From Candidatus Nomurabacteria bacterium (GTDB lineage Bacteria; Patescibacteriota; Saccharimonadia; Saccharimonadales; UBA7683), in assembly GCA_020631865.1 (NCBI GenBank), contig JACKGS010000002.1, positions 109,534 through 173,533 on the forward strand: 64,000 nt of DNA, written 5' to 3'. A program made the translations under genes and the position numbers. Below, one piece after another: positions 54,265 through 64,000 of the stretch. Within the stretch, counting starts at the first letter, position 1; each line of letters opens with the position of its first letter. The notes under the pieces were generated by a model. The model was not told where the DNA came from. It worked only from the letters and a program-made list of their open reading frames with translations, and did not search any database.

Positions 54265-54598
54265 GAACAATCTCATTTATAATATCGGTAATTTTTGTAC
54301 GAATATCAGCATCCAGCACATCTCTAGATGAATTTCCTTGAGAGGGGCGTATGTTGATCATAGAATCGAACTCTATAAAATTATCTGTACCGTAATCTTC
54401 TGGGTAAAGATTGATGCCCCAAATATCTTTTTGTTTTGAGCCGTTTTTCAGTAACTCTTGCTCGCCGTCATAATGCATCGGCATGTCTATGATCACAATT
54501 TTCTTAACAATATCTACATCAGCCTTCACTAGTTCGCCGAACATTTTGTTTGCCATTTCTTGAATCTCACCTATGCTAATTTTTTGCACAATCTTCAT
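54257..54598 (-). CDS. 113-aa hypothetical protein (intact)
   Basis: Starts MKIVQKISIGEIQEMANKMFGELVKADVD... ATG 54598 was chosen because the longer ORF runs into the divergent promoter. Confidence 0.55.
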   Translation of the reverse strand: MKIVQKISIGEIQEMANKMFGELVKADVDIVKKIVIIDMPMHYDGEQELLKNGSKQKDIWGINLYPEDYGTDNFIEFDSMINIRPSQGNSSRDVLDADIRTKITDIINEIVHE

Positions 54599-54669
54599 GA
54601 ATTTATTGTATAACAGATGTGATTTTTCACCAATAAATTGTAAATATAGTAGAAAAGTTGCATAAAGAC

Positions 54670-54697
54670 TTGACAAATTAAGAGAGAGTATTATGTG
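54670..54697 (+). promoter_or_regulatory. cassette promoter copy 2 with shorter (AG)n spacer
   Basis: TTGACAAATTAAGAGAGAGTATTATGTG. It matches copy 3 apart from one substitution and two missing AG units, which leaves TATTAT only 13 nt from the -35. Confidence 0.45.
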
Positions 54698-54739
54698 TTT
54701 AGTTTCATAAAAATAACAGGAACACAAAAAGAAAGCATA

Positions 54740-55243
54740 ATGAGTAAATTTCATCATCCAGAAGCGAAGCTAAAGATGTATCTTCATCTGATTTACGTGA
54801 TAGTGATTCGAGGGCATCAGCCTACGCCGAAGAATTGGCAAGAGCCAAGAGGGTTATCGGCGCCGTGCAATCTCTAATTGATACTGAAAATATGCGTAGA
54901 GGCTGGTAGCAGTGAATTTACGAAGACACTTTTTAGTGAAGGCATGAGCACTACTGGGTATCCTGATAATCATCCAGCGGTTCAGCGTCAGAGCTTCTGA
55001 CGGACTTAGGGTAGACTATAAGCCAGTATACGAAATTGAGTCCTAGATACTGGCGTTTTCTTAACGAGGTACTCTTTTGAAGAAGTCGACGGGATGCAGC
55101 GCAAGCATCATTCGATAAGAACATTTGAAACTAACTTATCTTTCGTCAAAGCTGACGGTATGGCTCTTATTGGTGATGTAGTAGTGGAAGATAAACATAC
55201 TACAGAAGGTGATGGTGGGCAACAATATATGAAAGTCGATTAA
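54740..55243 (+). pseudogene. cassette 2 ORF (unknown function, several frameshifts)
   Basis: ATG-AGT-AAA start. Pieces ...ASAYAEELARAKRVIGAVQSLIDTENMRR / AGSSEFTKTLFSEGMSTTGYPDNHPAVQRQ / VDYKPVYEIE / ...FEEVDGMQRKHHSIRTFETNLSFVKADGMALIGDVVVEDKH lie in different frames. Confidence 0.4.
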
Positions 55244-55416
55244 AGCCCATGACTTCAAGACAAGAAGAGTTTGCGCGAAGTGTTGAATTGTTTCTAGTCC
55301 TGTCGTGTTAGTCCACGCCTACCTGGGTACATTAGATCTCTTAATAAAGTAAAAGCATGGTGGAATTTTATACGAAGGCTAAGATTGATGTAATTGTTTA
55401 AAGATAAGCAAGTCTA

Positions 55417-55451
55417 TTGACTTAAAGTTTAACTTCATGTTAAACTTTAAG
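55417..55451 (+). promoter_or_regulatory. TA promoter with 13-bp perfect inverted repeat (operator)
   Basis: TTGACT (55417-22) overlaps CTTAAAGTTTAAC-TTCAT-GTTAAACTTTAAG (55421-55451). Confidence 0.6.
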
Positions 55452-55452
55452 T

Positions 55453-55711
55453 ATAAAACAATCACTGCAGTAGAACTTAGAAACAACATGGCTGAAATTC
55501 TCACTAGGGTTCAGGAATGGCGAAAGAGTTGCTGTAACATATCGCGGCGGTAACCTGTTGTGATTGAGCCTGAGGGTACGGATAGACAGCGACAGAGTAA
55601 CGGTAAAGACCTTGCTGAAGCACTTTAGTAGCGTTGCATCACAGGCAAAAATTCCCGAGCGTTACAAAACAGGTAATCTTAAAAGAACTGTATTATCAAG
55701 ATATGGCTAAA
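55453..55711 (+). pseudogene. Phd/YefM-type antitoxin (frameshifted, start codon not evident)
   Basis: Pieces KTITAVELRNNMAEILTRV, NGERVAVTYRGG and KPVVIEPEG lie in three frames. Confidence 0.6.
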
Positions 55712-55715
55712 AAAC

Positions 55716-56091
55716 ATGGTCTTGTCTCTGACGCAAATGTCCTGCTGGAAGTGATATTGTGTCGCCAAAATCACATTAGAGCTATCGAAGCGATCAGTCG
55801 TATAAAAAGCCGACCATATATTTCTATGCTATCTATTCACCTCGTAGTATATTTTAGTCGCGTGGCACACTTGCCTTTTAGTGTAATTCATGACTCATTA
55901 ACTAAAGTCGACATACTAGACCTCAACGCCGAAGACTATGAATGGGCAAAATTAATATGCGCGATGATGATTTTGAAGATGCTCTGCAAATTGCAGTTGC
56001 AATAAGAAACAGCTGCGAAACGTTCTTAACCCTTGATAAAAACTCTACGATACCTACAAAAGCTTGCCTCAACTTAAAATACAGCTTGTAA
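55716..56091 (+). pseudogene. PIN-domain (VapC-like) toxin, at least one frameshift
   Basis: Starts MVLVSDANVLLEVIL. After a shift near 55965 it reads DDFEDALQIAVAIRNSCETFLTLDK. Confidence 0.6.
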
Positions 56092-56116
56092 AATAACAAA
56101 AAAGTTGTAAAAAACC

Positions 56117-56145
56117 TTGACAAATCAAGAGAGAGAGAGTATTAT
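56117..56145 (+). promoter_or_regulatory. cassette promoter copy 3 with (AG)6 spacer
   Basis: TTGACA, a 17-nt spacer containing AGAGAGAGAGAG, then TATTAT. Confidence 0.5.
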
Positions 56146-56194
56146 GTAGTCATAATCATAAAACAAAGAGTAAAATAAACAAAAGGAAAATAAG

Positions 56195-56826
56195 ATGAGT
56201 GAACAAGCACCGCAAATTGGACACGAACAACTAGATCAGGCGATGATCGATTTAGGCTTCAAAATGTTGCAGTCAAGAGTGAGAGCGGTGGTACGAGAAT
56301 TTGAGTTGAGTATACATGAGCATAATCAAAAGATACGATTTTTATCGAGACACTATAAAGAGCTAGACAGGGCATCAGACATGGATGTACACCTGAGACA
56401 TGACTCATGTAAGTGCGGCTCATTTTAGTGAGTATGGAGACGATGGCGAGCGCACTAAGCTGACTGTAGATGTGCAAAATGCTGCCAAGCTGTATGGAGT
56501 AGAATATAGAACTCAAAAGCCCAAACTAAAAATATGATATAGGGCTAGACCATATCCATAAAAAGATGCCTGGTGAAAAGCACAAAAGCTGTGCCGATAC
56601 AGTGCGGTAGATGATGAGCCAAACCGTCGGTGTTTATCGTAGGAGACAAGTAAATCCAAAGACCGGATATGAAGCTCCCGTAGTACATGAATTAACTGGA
56701 GCAAGAGCAGAAAAGGCAAAAGCAATATTAAAACGTCGTGCAGCACGACATATTATCGACGCTACGATGAAAAAGGAAGTTATTATTAATGATAAGGCCA
56801 GTGAACGGATGGCCCTAGTTTTCTAA
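56195..56826 (+). pseudogene. cassette 3 ORF(s) (unknown function, frameshifted)
   Basis: Begins with 77-aa MSEQAPQIGHEQLD... and ends with 71-aa ...VYRRRQVNPKTGYEAPVVHELTGARAEKAKAILKRRAARH.... Out-of-frame pieces (EYGDDGERTKLTVDVQNAAKLYGVEYRTQKP) lie between them. Confidence 0.4.
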
Positions 56827-56853
56827 ATCAAATATAAGCGAGACAATGTAAAA

Positions 56854-56876
56854 CAGAGGCTCATGCCTCTGTTTTT
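56854..56876. terminator. terminator of cassette 3 (bidirectional, also faces rpmE)
   Basis: CAGAGGC-TCAT-GCCTCTG followed by TTTTT and preceded by AAAA. Confidence 0.65.
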
Positions 56877-56934
56877 GGTGATTTGAAGGAGTTTGCCATT
56901 TTTTGAATCAGCTTGTTTGTCTATTGTGCCTTCT

Positions 56935-57268
56935 TCAGCAAACTTCTTTTTTCTTGGTAGGTTTCTTTACTGGTTTACTCTTCTGCTTTTTGGCAGCAGC
57001 AATTTTAGCTTCTTTAGCTTTTGCGGCAGCTTCGGTACGAGCCTTAAACTTATCAACGCGACCTCTATATTCAGAACTTTTCTTCACCGGTGAAGAATGG
57101 GTGAGAAGCGCTAGAAACGTGAACTTTTACTAAAGGATATTCGTTGCCGTCTTCCCATTTGATGGTTTCATTTGAGGCTGCTGTTGAGCGAGTCAAAATT
57201 TTAAAATCGCTTGATGTGTCTTGAAAAACTACTAGGCGGTAGTTATCTGGGTGTAAATCTTTTTTCAT
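56935..57268 (-). pseudogene. rpmE: 50S ribosomal protein L31 type B, one frameshift near 57075
   Basis: [17 protein letters not shown]...[31 protein letters not shown], then in another frame [23 protein letters not shown].... No CxxC motif. Confidence 0.8.
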
Positions 57269-57385
57269 GATTACCTTGATGTCCATTAGTTGAGCGGTTA
57301 GCAGTGGACAACCTGCAGTCGCAATATTTATAACTACGCAATTGTATCTGTTTTTAATAAAAAATGCAAGGTATAATAGGCGTAA

Positions 57386-59229
57386 ATGAAGCTTAGGTCA
57401 AGTAAACAATCAAAAAAAGAAGATCAAATGAGTACGCGTGATGTTTTGAGCGCACTATTGAGTGTTTTGAAGATAATTTTTAAGATTTCTCCATCTACGG
57501 TAATGGTAAAACTTATCAAGAGCATTGTTGATGCCGTGTTACCGTTGCTGGTTGCATTTTGGCAGCTTCGTAATCACTAATATTACAAAAAACAGTCTCA
57601 GGTGATGAGGTAGCAAAATCCACGGCAGTAATATTTGTGATACTTACAGCACTGGTGACATTACTTTCATCTGCACTAAATAGCGTGAAGTAATTGCATC
57701 CGATGAAATTATGCGATTTAAGGTTGAATCTAAGGTGACGGATATGTTGTTTGATAGATTCGTTAGCCTAGATTTTGGCGATATGAAGATAAAGAAACTA
57801 TCGAAATGCTGATAAGGGCCCAGGATTTCGCTAGATTTTTTGCCTATATGGTAGATAGGATTGCCGGACTCTTCACTGCATTATTTGGTATAGTTTCCGC
57901 ACTGCTGGCTCTCGGTTTGATTTCTTGGTGGCTGGTGGCTATTTTTGTATTAGCAATTTTGCCCGAATGGTTATTCAGTATCTGACTTTCTAGAATGAAT
58001 ATTAACATTGGCGGTTATCTGTAACAGATAGACGTAAACAAAGCTTCATTGAATACAATATGATTCAACGCAGGTAATCTCTGAATTACGATTGTATAAC
58101 TTGGCGAGTACTTTTTGGATCTCAGGGCATTTACAGAGACCGAGATCAGGGTAGGCGGTTAGAGTTTGAAAAGGTATATCAAGTGGCGGCTACTGGGCGA
58201 TGCACTGATGGCTGTTGTTGAATTCAGTACTCTTTTGTGGACGATCGCCTTGGTGATAGCTAGAAAGGTTTCTAGTTGGGCAGTTTATCTATGTTCAACA
58301 AGTGGTGTCTAGGACTATTGGTTCGGCTGATAGTTTAATTCTCAATATGGTAGCGCTGATGAAGATTTAGCAAAATTGAAAGACTTTAATGATTTTATGA
58401 AAATTACCTCTTGGCAGAACGATCGTGGTCATAAGATCCAAACTGTAAATACTGTAGAGTTTCAGGAGGTTCTTTATTTGCTTATCCTGGTAGCGATAAG
58501 CTCGTTCTCGATAATATTTCCATAAAAATTAATAAGGGTGATCACGTGGCATTCAGTTGAGAAAATGGTGCTGGAAAAGAGTACTCTTATTAAGATATTG
58601 CTGGTTTTATACTCACATCAGGACGAGTGATTGATTAATGGCTTAGATTTGGAAGTGGTTAATTTAGCAAGCTGGCACAGAGCGGGTGGGAGTGTTGTTG
58701 CAAGACTTCACCTCTTTTCAGTTTACTACTGTGGGCGAAAATATTAGATTTGGTGATGTATCGGCAAAAAATCTAGGGCAGAGGATTGATCGGGCTATGC
58801 AGCACGCCGAGGCTGACGAATTTATCAAAGAGCTTCCACTTGAGTTCTAGATACGCCTATGGCGCCGTGGATGGAGGAGAAGCATGCAGTTGATCTTTCA
58901 GGAGGTCAGTGGCAAAGAGTGGGGCTCGCAAGAAACTTTTATCGGAATCTCAGTAATGATTTTAGATGAGCCAACATCCGCGATTGATGCTTTGCAGAGG
59001 CTAAGATATTTGACAGGCTGTTCTATAAAACAAATAAAAGAACAATAATTGCCATTAGTCAGATGAATGACAACAATAGAACAGGCCGATATCATATATG
59101 TCTTAAAAGATGGTTTGATCGTCCAGGAGGTAAGGCACAAAACTTGGGACAAAGAGTGGCCAATACGTTAAAATGTTCCGTCGCCAATTAAAAATACCTA
59201 AGTCGCATAAATTAAAAAGCATAATTTAG
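57386..59229 (+). pseudogene. ABC transporter permease/ATPase fusion (MsbA-like), many frameshifts
   Basis: An N-terminal TM region, then LSGGQWQRVGLAR, Walker B-like ILDEPTSA fragments and a C-terminal KSGQYVKMFRRQL, all in different frames. Confidence 0.75.
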
Positions 59230-59428
59230 ACATGCGAGCAACGTTAATTAATACAAATAGTTCACAGTGTGATGATCTGGTCTAATTGATTTCGCTTGAT
59301 TTAGTAACTCTAATCTGTTAGTATCTTCAAGGTAAACATTAATCAGCAGGTGAGGTGATCCTTCTGAATGTGGCTTGCTCAAAGCTCCATTACAGTTGCT
59401 TATCTATGAAGAACGAAAGGATTATTTT

Positions 59429-60186
59429 ATGGCAATAGCCGTAGATATTAAGAAACTATTGAAAGTGGTGCCTATTTTGGCCCTAAACAAGCCGTTGGCA
59501 TCCAAAAATGGCTAAGTTTATTCATAGTAAAAGGGCTGGAAATCATATTATAGATTTAATCAAAACTGTCGGAAAGCTATAGAGGCTAAGTTTGCCACTT
59601 ATTGAAAAAACAGCAGCCAGTGGCAAGTCAGATTGTTTTGGTTGGAACAAAGCGACAGGCTAAAGAGTTGGTAAAAAAACTGCTGCCGAAGAAACTGGTA
59701 TACCATACGTAGTTAATCGATGGTTGGGGAATGTTGACTAACACCACGACTATGAATGCTAGAATTAAGCATCTTCAGGATCTTGAAAATAAAATGGCTA
59801 GTGGTGAGCTTGCAAATAAATATAGCAAGCTTGAGGTTCAGAGGTTTCAAGAAGAAATTGACCAAATGAACATACTCTACGGTGGTATCAAGGATCTACA
59901 AGGGCGCCCAGGGTTAGTTTATGCGTAACCGATGTTGTAACGGATCATTTGTGAGTTAAGAAGCTAAGCAGCTCATTGGTGCCTGTAGTAGGCTGTTGAT
60001 AAGTAACGCCAATCCAGATTTAGTCGACTATCCAATTCCAGCTAATGACGATGCCTTGAAAGCGATTGAAACTATCTTAAGCATGTTATTAGTACAATAA
60101 ATAATGGTAAGGCGGCACAAAGTCAGCTAAATCCGAAGAGTAGGTTATCTTAAACCTGCAGCTTAAAGATACTGGCAAGGAAAAAT
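59429..60186 (+). pseudogene. rpsB: 30S ribosomal protein S2, many frameshifts (3' end approximate)
   Basis: MAIAVDIKKLL.., [16 protein letters not shown] and ELANKYSKLEVQRFQEEIDQMNILYGGIKDL are recoverable only by shifting frames. Confidence 0.75.
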
Positions 60187-60205
60187 AAAGTACAAGGAGA
60201 GTTTG

Positions 60206-60790
60206 AATGGCAATTTCAATTGAAGATATCAAAGACTAAAGAAGAACTAACTGGCGTTGGAATGACTGATGCTAAGCAGGCATTAGTAGAAGTTGATAGT
60301 GATTTTGACAAAGCGCTAGAAGCTATGACGCAAAAGGCTTAACAAAAAAGCTGAAAAAAGGTGAGCGAGAAGCCAGACAGGGTATAGTTGATGCCTATTC
60401 TGCATAGTGGGCGTATCGGCGTTTTGGTAGAGGTTAATTAATGGAAACTGATTTTGTAGCGCGAACCGACGATTTCAAGAATTTTGTACATGACGTTGCT
60501 ATGCATGTTGCAAGGTGGCACCAGAATATATTTCTTTAGATGATATTTCAGATACTGAAAAGAAGCTGAGTAGCTGAATTTACTGAAAAAAGTAAAGAAC
60601 GAAGGCAAGCCAGAAAATATGGTTCCACAAATTGTCGACGGAATGATTAAAAGCACTTTTGCCGAAAGTGTTTGCTTGATCAGCCGTTTATCAAAAACCC
60701 AGACCAAACATGTCGGCGATCTTCCAAAGAACATATTGCTAAACTGGGTGAAAATATGGTTATTCGCCAGATGTACACGCATTGAGCTTC
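60206..60790 (+). pseudogene. tsf: elongation factor Ts (short form), many frameshifts (3' end approximate)
   Basis: MAISIEDIK, TGVGMTDAKQALVE, ETDFVARTDDFKNFVHDVAMHV and LGENMVI are in different frames. SD AAGGAGAG. A hairpin terminator lies at ~60821-60857. Confidence 0.75.
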
Positions 60791-60906
60791 AGTACTATCC
60801 AGCAAAATTTACACCAGTTTACAGAGAGTCTTTCCGTATCGGAGGCTCTCTGTTTTATATAATGTTTAATATCTTTTGGTATAATTTAAGTAGCAAGGAG
60901 TAAGTT

Positions 60907-61447
60907 ATGGATGTAAATAGTTATATAGAAGATGCAAAGTGCCATAGATCACCTGTAGTGGAGCTTAAAAAAGTTCGTACGGGTCGTGCACACCCCAGTA
61001 TTATTGAAGGGTTACTGTTGAAGTTTATGTCCAGATGATGCCACATCAAGTGGCAAATATTACTGCACCTGAGCCTCAACTACTGCAGGTCACACCCATT
61101 TGACCGCTACTACACAGAGCTATCTCCAACGGCCATTAGAAACGATCGAAGCCAAGAAGCTTGAACCCCTAACGATGATGGCGGTGGTACGTACCATGCC
61201 GCCATTAACCGAAGAGCTACATGTCGCCAGATTGTTACAGTTTAGGTGATACCGTGAAGAACAAAGATATCACTTAGAAACATTCGCCACGGTACCTTAA
61301 AGAAGCAAAAGAGCCAAAGACGCTAAGAGATGTCGGATGATGATGTTAAAAGAATAGATACACAAATAACCGAAGCAACTCAATGAATTTAATTCAAAGG
61401 TAGAGTCTGCTCAGAAGGCTAAAGAGCAAGAAATAATGACCGTTTAA
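60907..61447 (+). pseudogene. frr: ribosome recycling factor, many frameshifts
   Basis: MDVNSYIEDAK..., ELKKVRTGRAHPSIIEG and C-terminal AKEQEIMTV. The length of 541 nt is not a multiple of 3. Confidence 0.75.
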
Positions 61448-61540
61448 AAGCTGGATACGTGACATTATCGATATTCCATAGGTGTTATGTCTGAGATTTT
61501 GGTCTGATATTATTCAACAATTAATGTATACTATCATTTA

Positions 61541-62265
61541 ATGAGTTCAAATTCTCAATCTGCATCATCAAGTTCATGTCTAACAACATACCGGCTCATC
61601 TGCTTGGTATTAGATGGTAACAGGCGTTGGGCAAAATCTCAGGGGCTACCAACTCCAGAGGTCACAGAAGAGGTTATGAGAACTTAAAACAATTGCCAGG
61701 GAGTCGTTTAATCGGGGTATTAAATATGTCTCTACTTATATATTTTCTACTGAAAACTGGAACAGAACCAAAGAAGAGGTCGACTATTTAATGAGCCTGG
61801 CTTATGAAGATAGCTACAAAGATGCTAAGGAATTGATTAAAGAAAATATTAAAATTATCGTTCTTGGTATAGAAGATAGAGTTGTACCTAAATTAATTAA
61901 GGCTTGCAGAGACGCCGAAGAGGATTCTAAGAATAATACTGGTGGCACCTTGGCTTTGTGCTTTAACTATGGGGGCGGATTGAAATCACTGATGCCGTGA
62001 AGAGAATAGTGCAGTCAGGGCATTGGGGCAAAAGACGTCACGCCAGAGTTAATTGCAAATAACCTATATCATCCAGAACTGCCTCCAGTTGATCTGATGG
62101 TTCGAACTAGCGGAGAGCAGAGAATTAGTAATTTTATGTTGTGGCGTATAGCTTATGCAGAAATGTATTTTGCTGATGTCCACTGGCCGGCTTTTTAGTA
62201 AAGAAGAGTTATCAAAAGCACTTAGTGAATATGGTTCAAGAAACCGCCGCTTTGGCGGCAATTAG
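61541..62265 (+). pseudogene. uppS: undecaprenyl-diphosphate synthase (cis-prenyltransferase), many frameshifts
   Basis: [37 protein letters not shown] and EYGSRNRRFGG are in different frames. Confidence 0.75.
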
Positions 62266-62374
62266 ATTCCTCTAGGTATATTTCCGTAAGTGGGTATATG
62301 ATATTTTAATAATTTTCGTAATTAGGCTATATCTTTAGGCTCAAGGCTCGTTTGATTTCTGGTATACTTGAAGA

Positions 62375-63450
62375 ATGCTTATATTTTTAGGATTGGTTTT
62401 ATTTGTATTATTAGTAGTAGTTCAAGAGTTTGGTCATATGATTATGGCAAAAAGAGTGGGTAGAAGTTGAGGAATTTGGGGTTGGGTTTCCACCGCGTGC
62501 CAAACTTCTGACAAAAGGATGATACCAGTATACGCTTAACTGGCTGCCTCCTCGGTGGTTTTGTAAAGTTAAAAGGCTGAACACGATAAGCGCTACTGGC
62601 AAGGGCACTTTTGGTGCAGCAAGTTTTGGAACAAAACTAAAATTATATTAGCTTGGCCGGTGTATTGATGAACTGGCTTGCAGCGATTATTATCTTTACT
62701 ATTATCGCTTTGATCGGTATGCCTCAGCTAATTGAAAATCAATTTCAGATTAAGAATGACTCAAGGGTTTCTAAGCAAGAAGTGTTGGCCGGTTTTGTTG
62801 AAGAGGGTTCCCCGGCTGATTCTATTGGATTAACTCAAGGAGATAGAATAGTTCAGATTAACGATCATCAAATTCTAAATTCATCTGATCTTCGTTCAAC
62901 AACTAAAAAATTTGCCGGCGAAAGTGTAGATGTGAGGTTTGTTCAAGGTGGTCAAGAGATATCTAAATCCGTAACTTTGCGTAATGATGAAACAAAAGGA
63001 AATTTTGGTGTAGCACCAGCTGATAATACTTTGGTTAGATCAACTTGGTCGGCACCAATAGTTGGGGTTGGAACAACGGTTCAATTTACGGCAGAAACCT
63101 TCAAAGGATTATTTAATGCGGTTGCAAATATATTTCAGGGAAATGCCTCAAAAGCTGGAGAGGCTGTCACTGGGCCAGTTGGTATTATCGTAGTTTTGAA
63201 GGATCTTTCAAATCAAGGGCTGGTGTTCGTCTTGTTCTTAATTGGTGTAATTTCAGTCTCGCTAGCAGTTATGAACACACTGCCTATACCAGCTTTAGAT
63301 GGTGGAAGGCTGTTTGTGATGGCGATATTTAAGTTACTCAAGAAGCCACTTACCAAAGATCTTGAAGAGAAGATTCACGGTACAGGTATGGCAGCCCTGT
63401 TGATTCTGGCGGCATTAATTACTGTTTTGGATGTTAAACGATTCTTCTAG
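62375..63450 (+). pseudogene. rseP: RIP metalloprotease RseP (site-2 protease); first ~280 nt frameshifted, rest intact
   Basis: N-terminal VVVQEFGHMIMAKR (HExxH) and EEFGVGFPP are in shifted frames. The intact ORF 62653-63450 contains a PDZ domain and NTLPIPALDGGR. Confidence 0.8.
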
Positions 63451-63453
63451 ACC

Positions 63454-64000
63454 ATGCAGAGTCAACAGATATCAAAAGCAGAAGTTCTTAAGAAGATACT
63501 TCTTAACCCAATTATTGTATTAATATTATCAATTGCAATATTTACAATTGCACAATTGGTGGGTGTTTCTATTGCTTCCAAGTTATTTAATGGTGCAGGT
63601 AGCACAAATCTAATAATGTCATCATATGTTGTTTTTAGTTCTTTATTTTTGCTACTTTTTATATTTATTACCAAGAAGATTCTAAAGTTCAAATGGAGTA
63701 CGCTGGGGGTTAAGTGGCCCAGCTGGAAAGGTATGTCTGCGGCAGTACCGGCACTATTTAGTTATTTTGTCATCTCTCTTATTCTAACATTTATAGCCAC
63801 CAAGATTGTGCCTGGGTTCAAGTTAGAGCAAGCACAAGATGTGGGATTCAAAGATATTAAACAACCCGTTGAATTGATATTGGCCTTTTTGGCATTGGCG
63901 GTATTTACCCCAATAATGGAGGAGCTTGTATTCAGGGGTATGCTGTTTAAGGGGCTTAGTAAAAGGCTCCCATTTTGGATAAGTGCTGTTGTGACTAGTT
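63454..64000 (+). CDS. CPBP-family intramembrane protease (3' end off-window)
   Basis: ATG 63454. Multiple TM helices. The EELVFRG motif lies near the window end. The frame is open to base 64000. Confidence 0.75.
   Translation, partial: MQSQQISKAEVLKKILLNPIIVLILSIAIFTIAQLVGVSIASKLFNGAGSTNLIMSSYVVFSSLFLLLFIFITKKILKFKWSTLGVKWPSWKGMSAAVPALFSYFVISLILTFIATKIVPGFKLEQAQDVGFKDIKQPVELILAFLALAVFTPIMEELVFRGMLFKGLSKRLPFWISAVVTS

Noticed and set aside
54599-54757. 53-codon N-terminal extension of the 113-aa minus-strand ORF.
   Set aside because: It runs through the divergent cassette-2 promoter and 5'UTR and is hydrophobic low-complexity. The internal ATG 54598 gives a compact protein.

Overview
Mostly core-genome window from a small, streamlined bacterium that uses the standard code. 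UGA/UAA/UAG all act as stops, and GGAG-type SDs match the 16S CCUCC tail. The 16S contains TACTGGGCGTAAAGAGTTGC and GGAAGGAGGGGATGATGTCAGGTC. As I recall them, these are target sites of Saccharibacteria/TM7-directed primers, so I read this as Patescibacteria/CPR, Saccharibacteria-like.

Gene content in order:
- gyrB (5' partial)-gyrA.
- A split rRNA locus: 16S with its own promoter, processing stem and terminator; then a small ORF, tRNA-Ile and tRNA-Ala on the opposite strand; then 23S-5S.
- rpsA-infB, def-fmt, a 1334-aa fibre-like surface protein, and a RAYT-type Y1 transposase flanked by REP hairpins.
- priA, rpsU-yqeY, a four-helix-bundle ('23S IVS protein') gene, adk-map, ftsA-ftsZ, nrdR-nrdJ.
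- A T-box-like leader followed by a GNAT-SET fusion gene and then ileS.
- rplU, parA-parB, lepB, an LCP protein, htrA, prmC, a SpoU methyltransferase, prfA, rpmE, and rpsB-tsf-frr-uppS-rseP.

Main observations:
1. Long imperfect hairpins whose arms are arrays of degenerate heptamers (purine-rich 5' arm, pyrimidine-rich 3' arm, G-U pairs only in the sense strand). They occur in 16S helix 6, in 23S, in the 23S-5S spacer and in the mRNA spacers def-fmt and parA-parB. One copy brackets the four-helix-bundle ORF.
2. A leader with a UGGUACC 7-nt bulge in antiterminator geometry (T-box-like) is separated from ileS by a GNAT-SET fusion gene and a T5orf172-like remnant.
3. A ~3.6-kb accessory island lies between prfA and rpmE. 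It holds three cassettes sharing a promoter/5'UTR/terminator, and an (AG)n tract sets their -35/-10 spacing.
4. Bases ~52.7-62.65 kb form one contiguous block where every conserved gene is broken by single-base frameshifts. This is most simply low-quality consensus sequence, and it limits everything called inside it.
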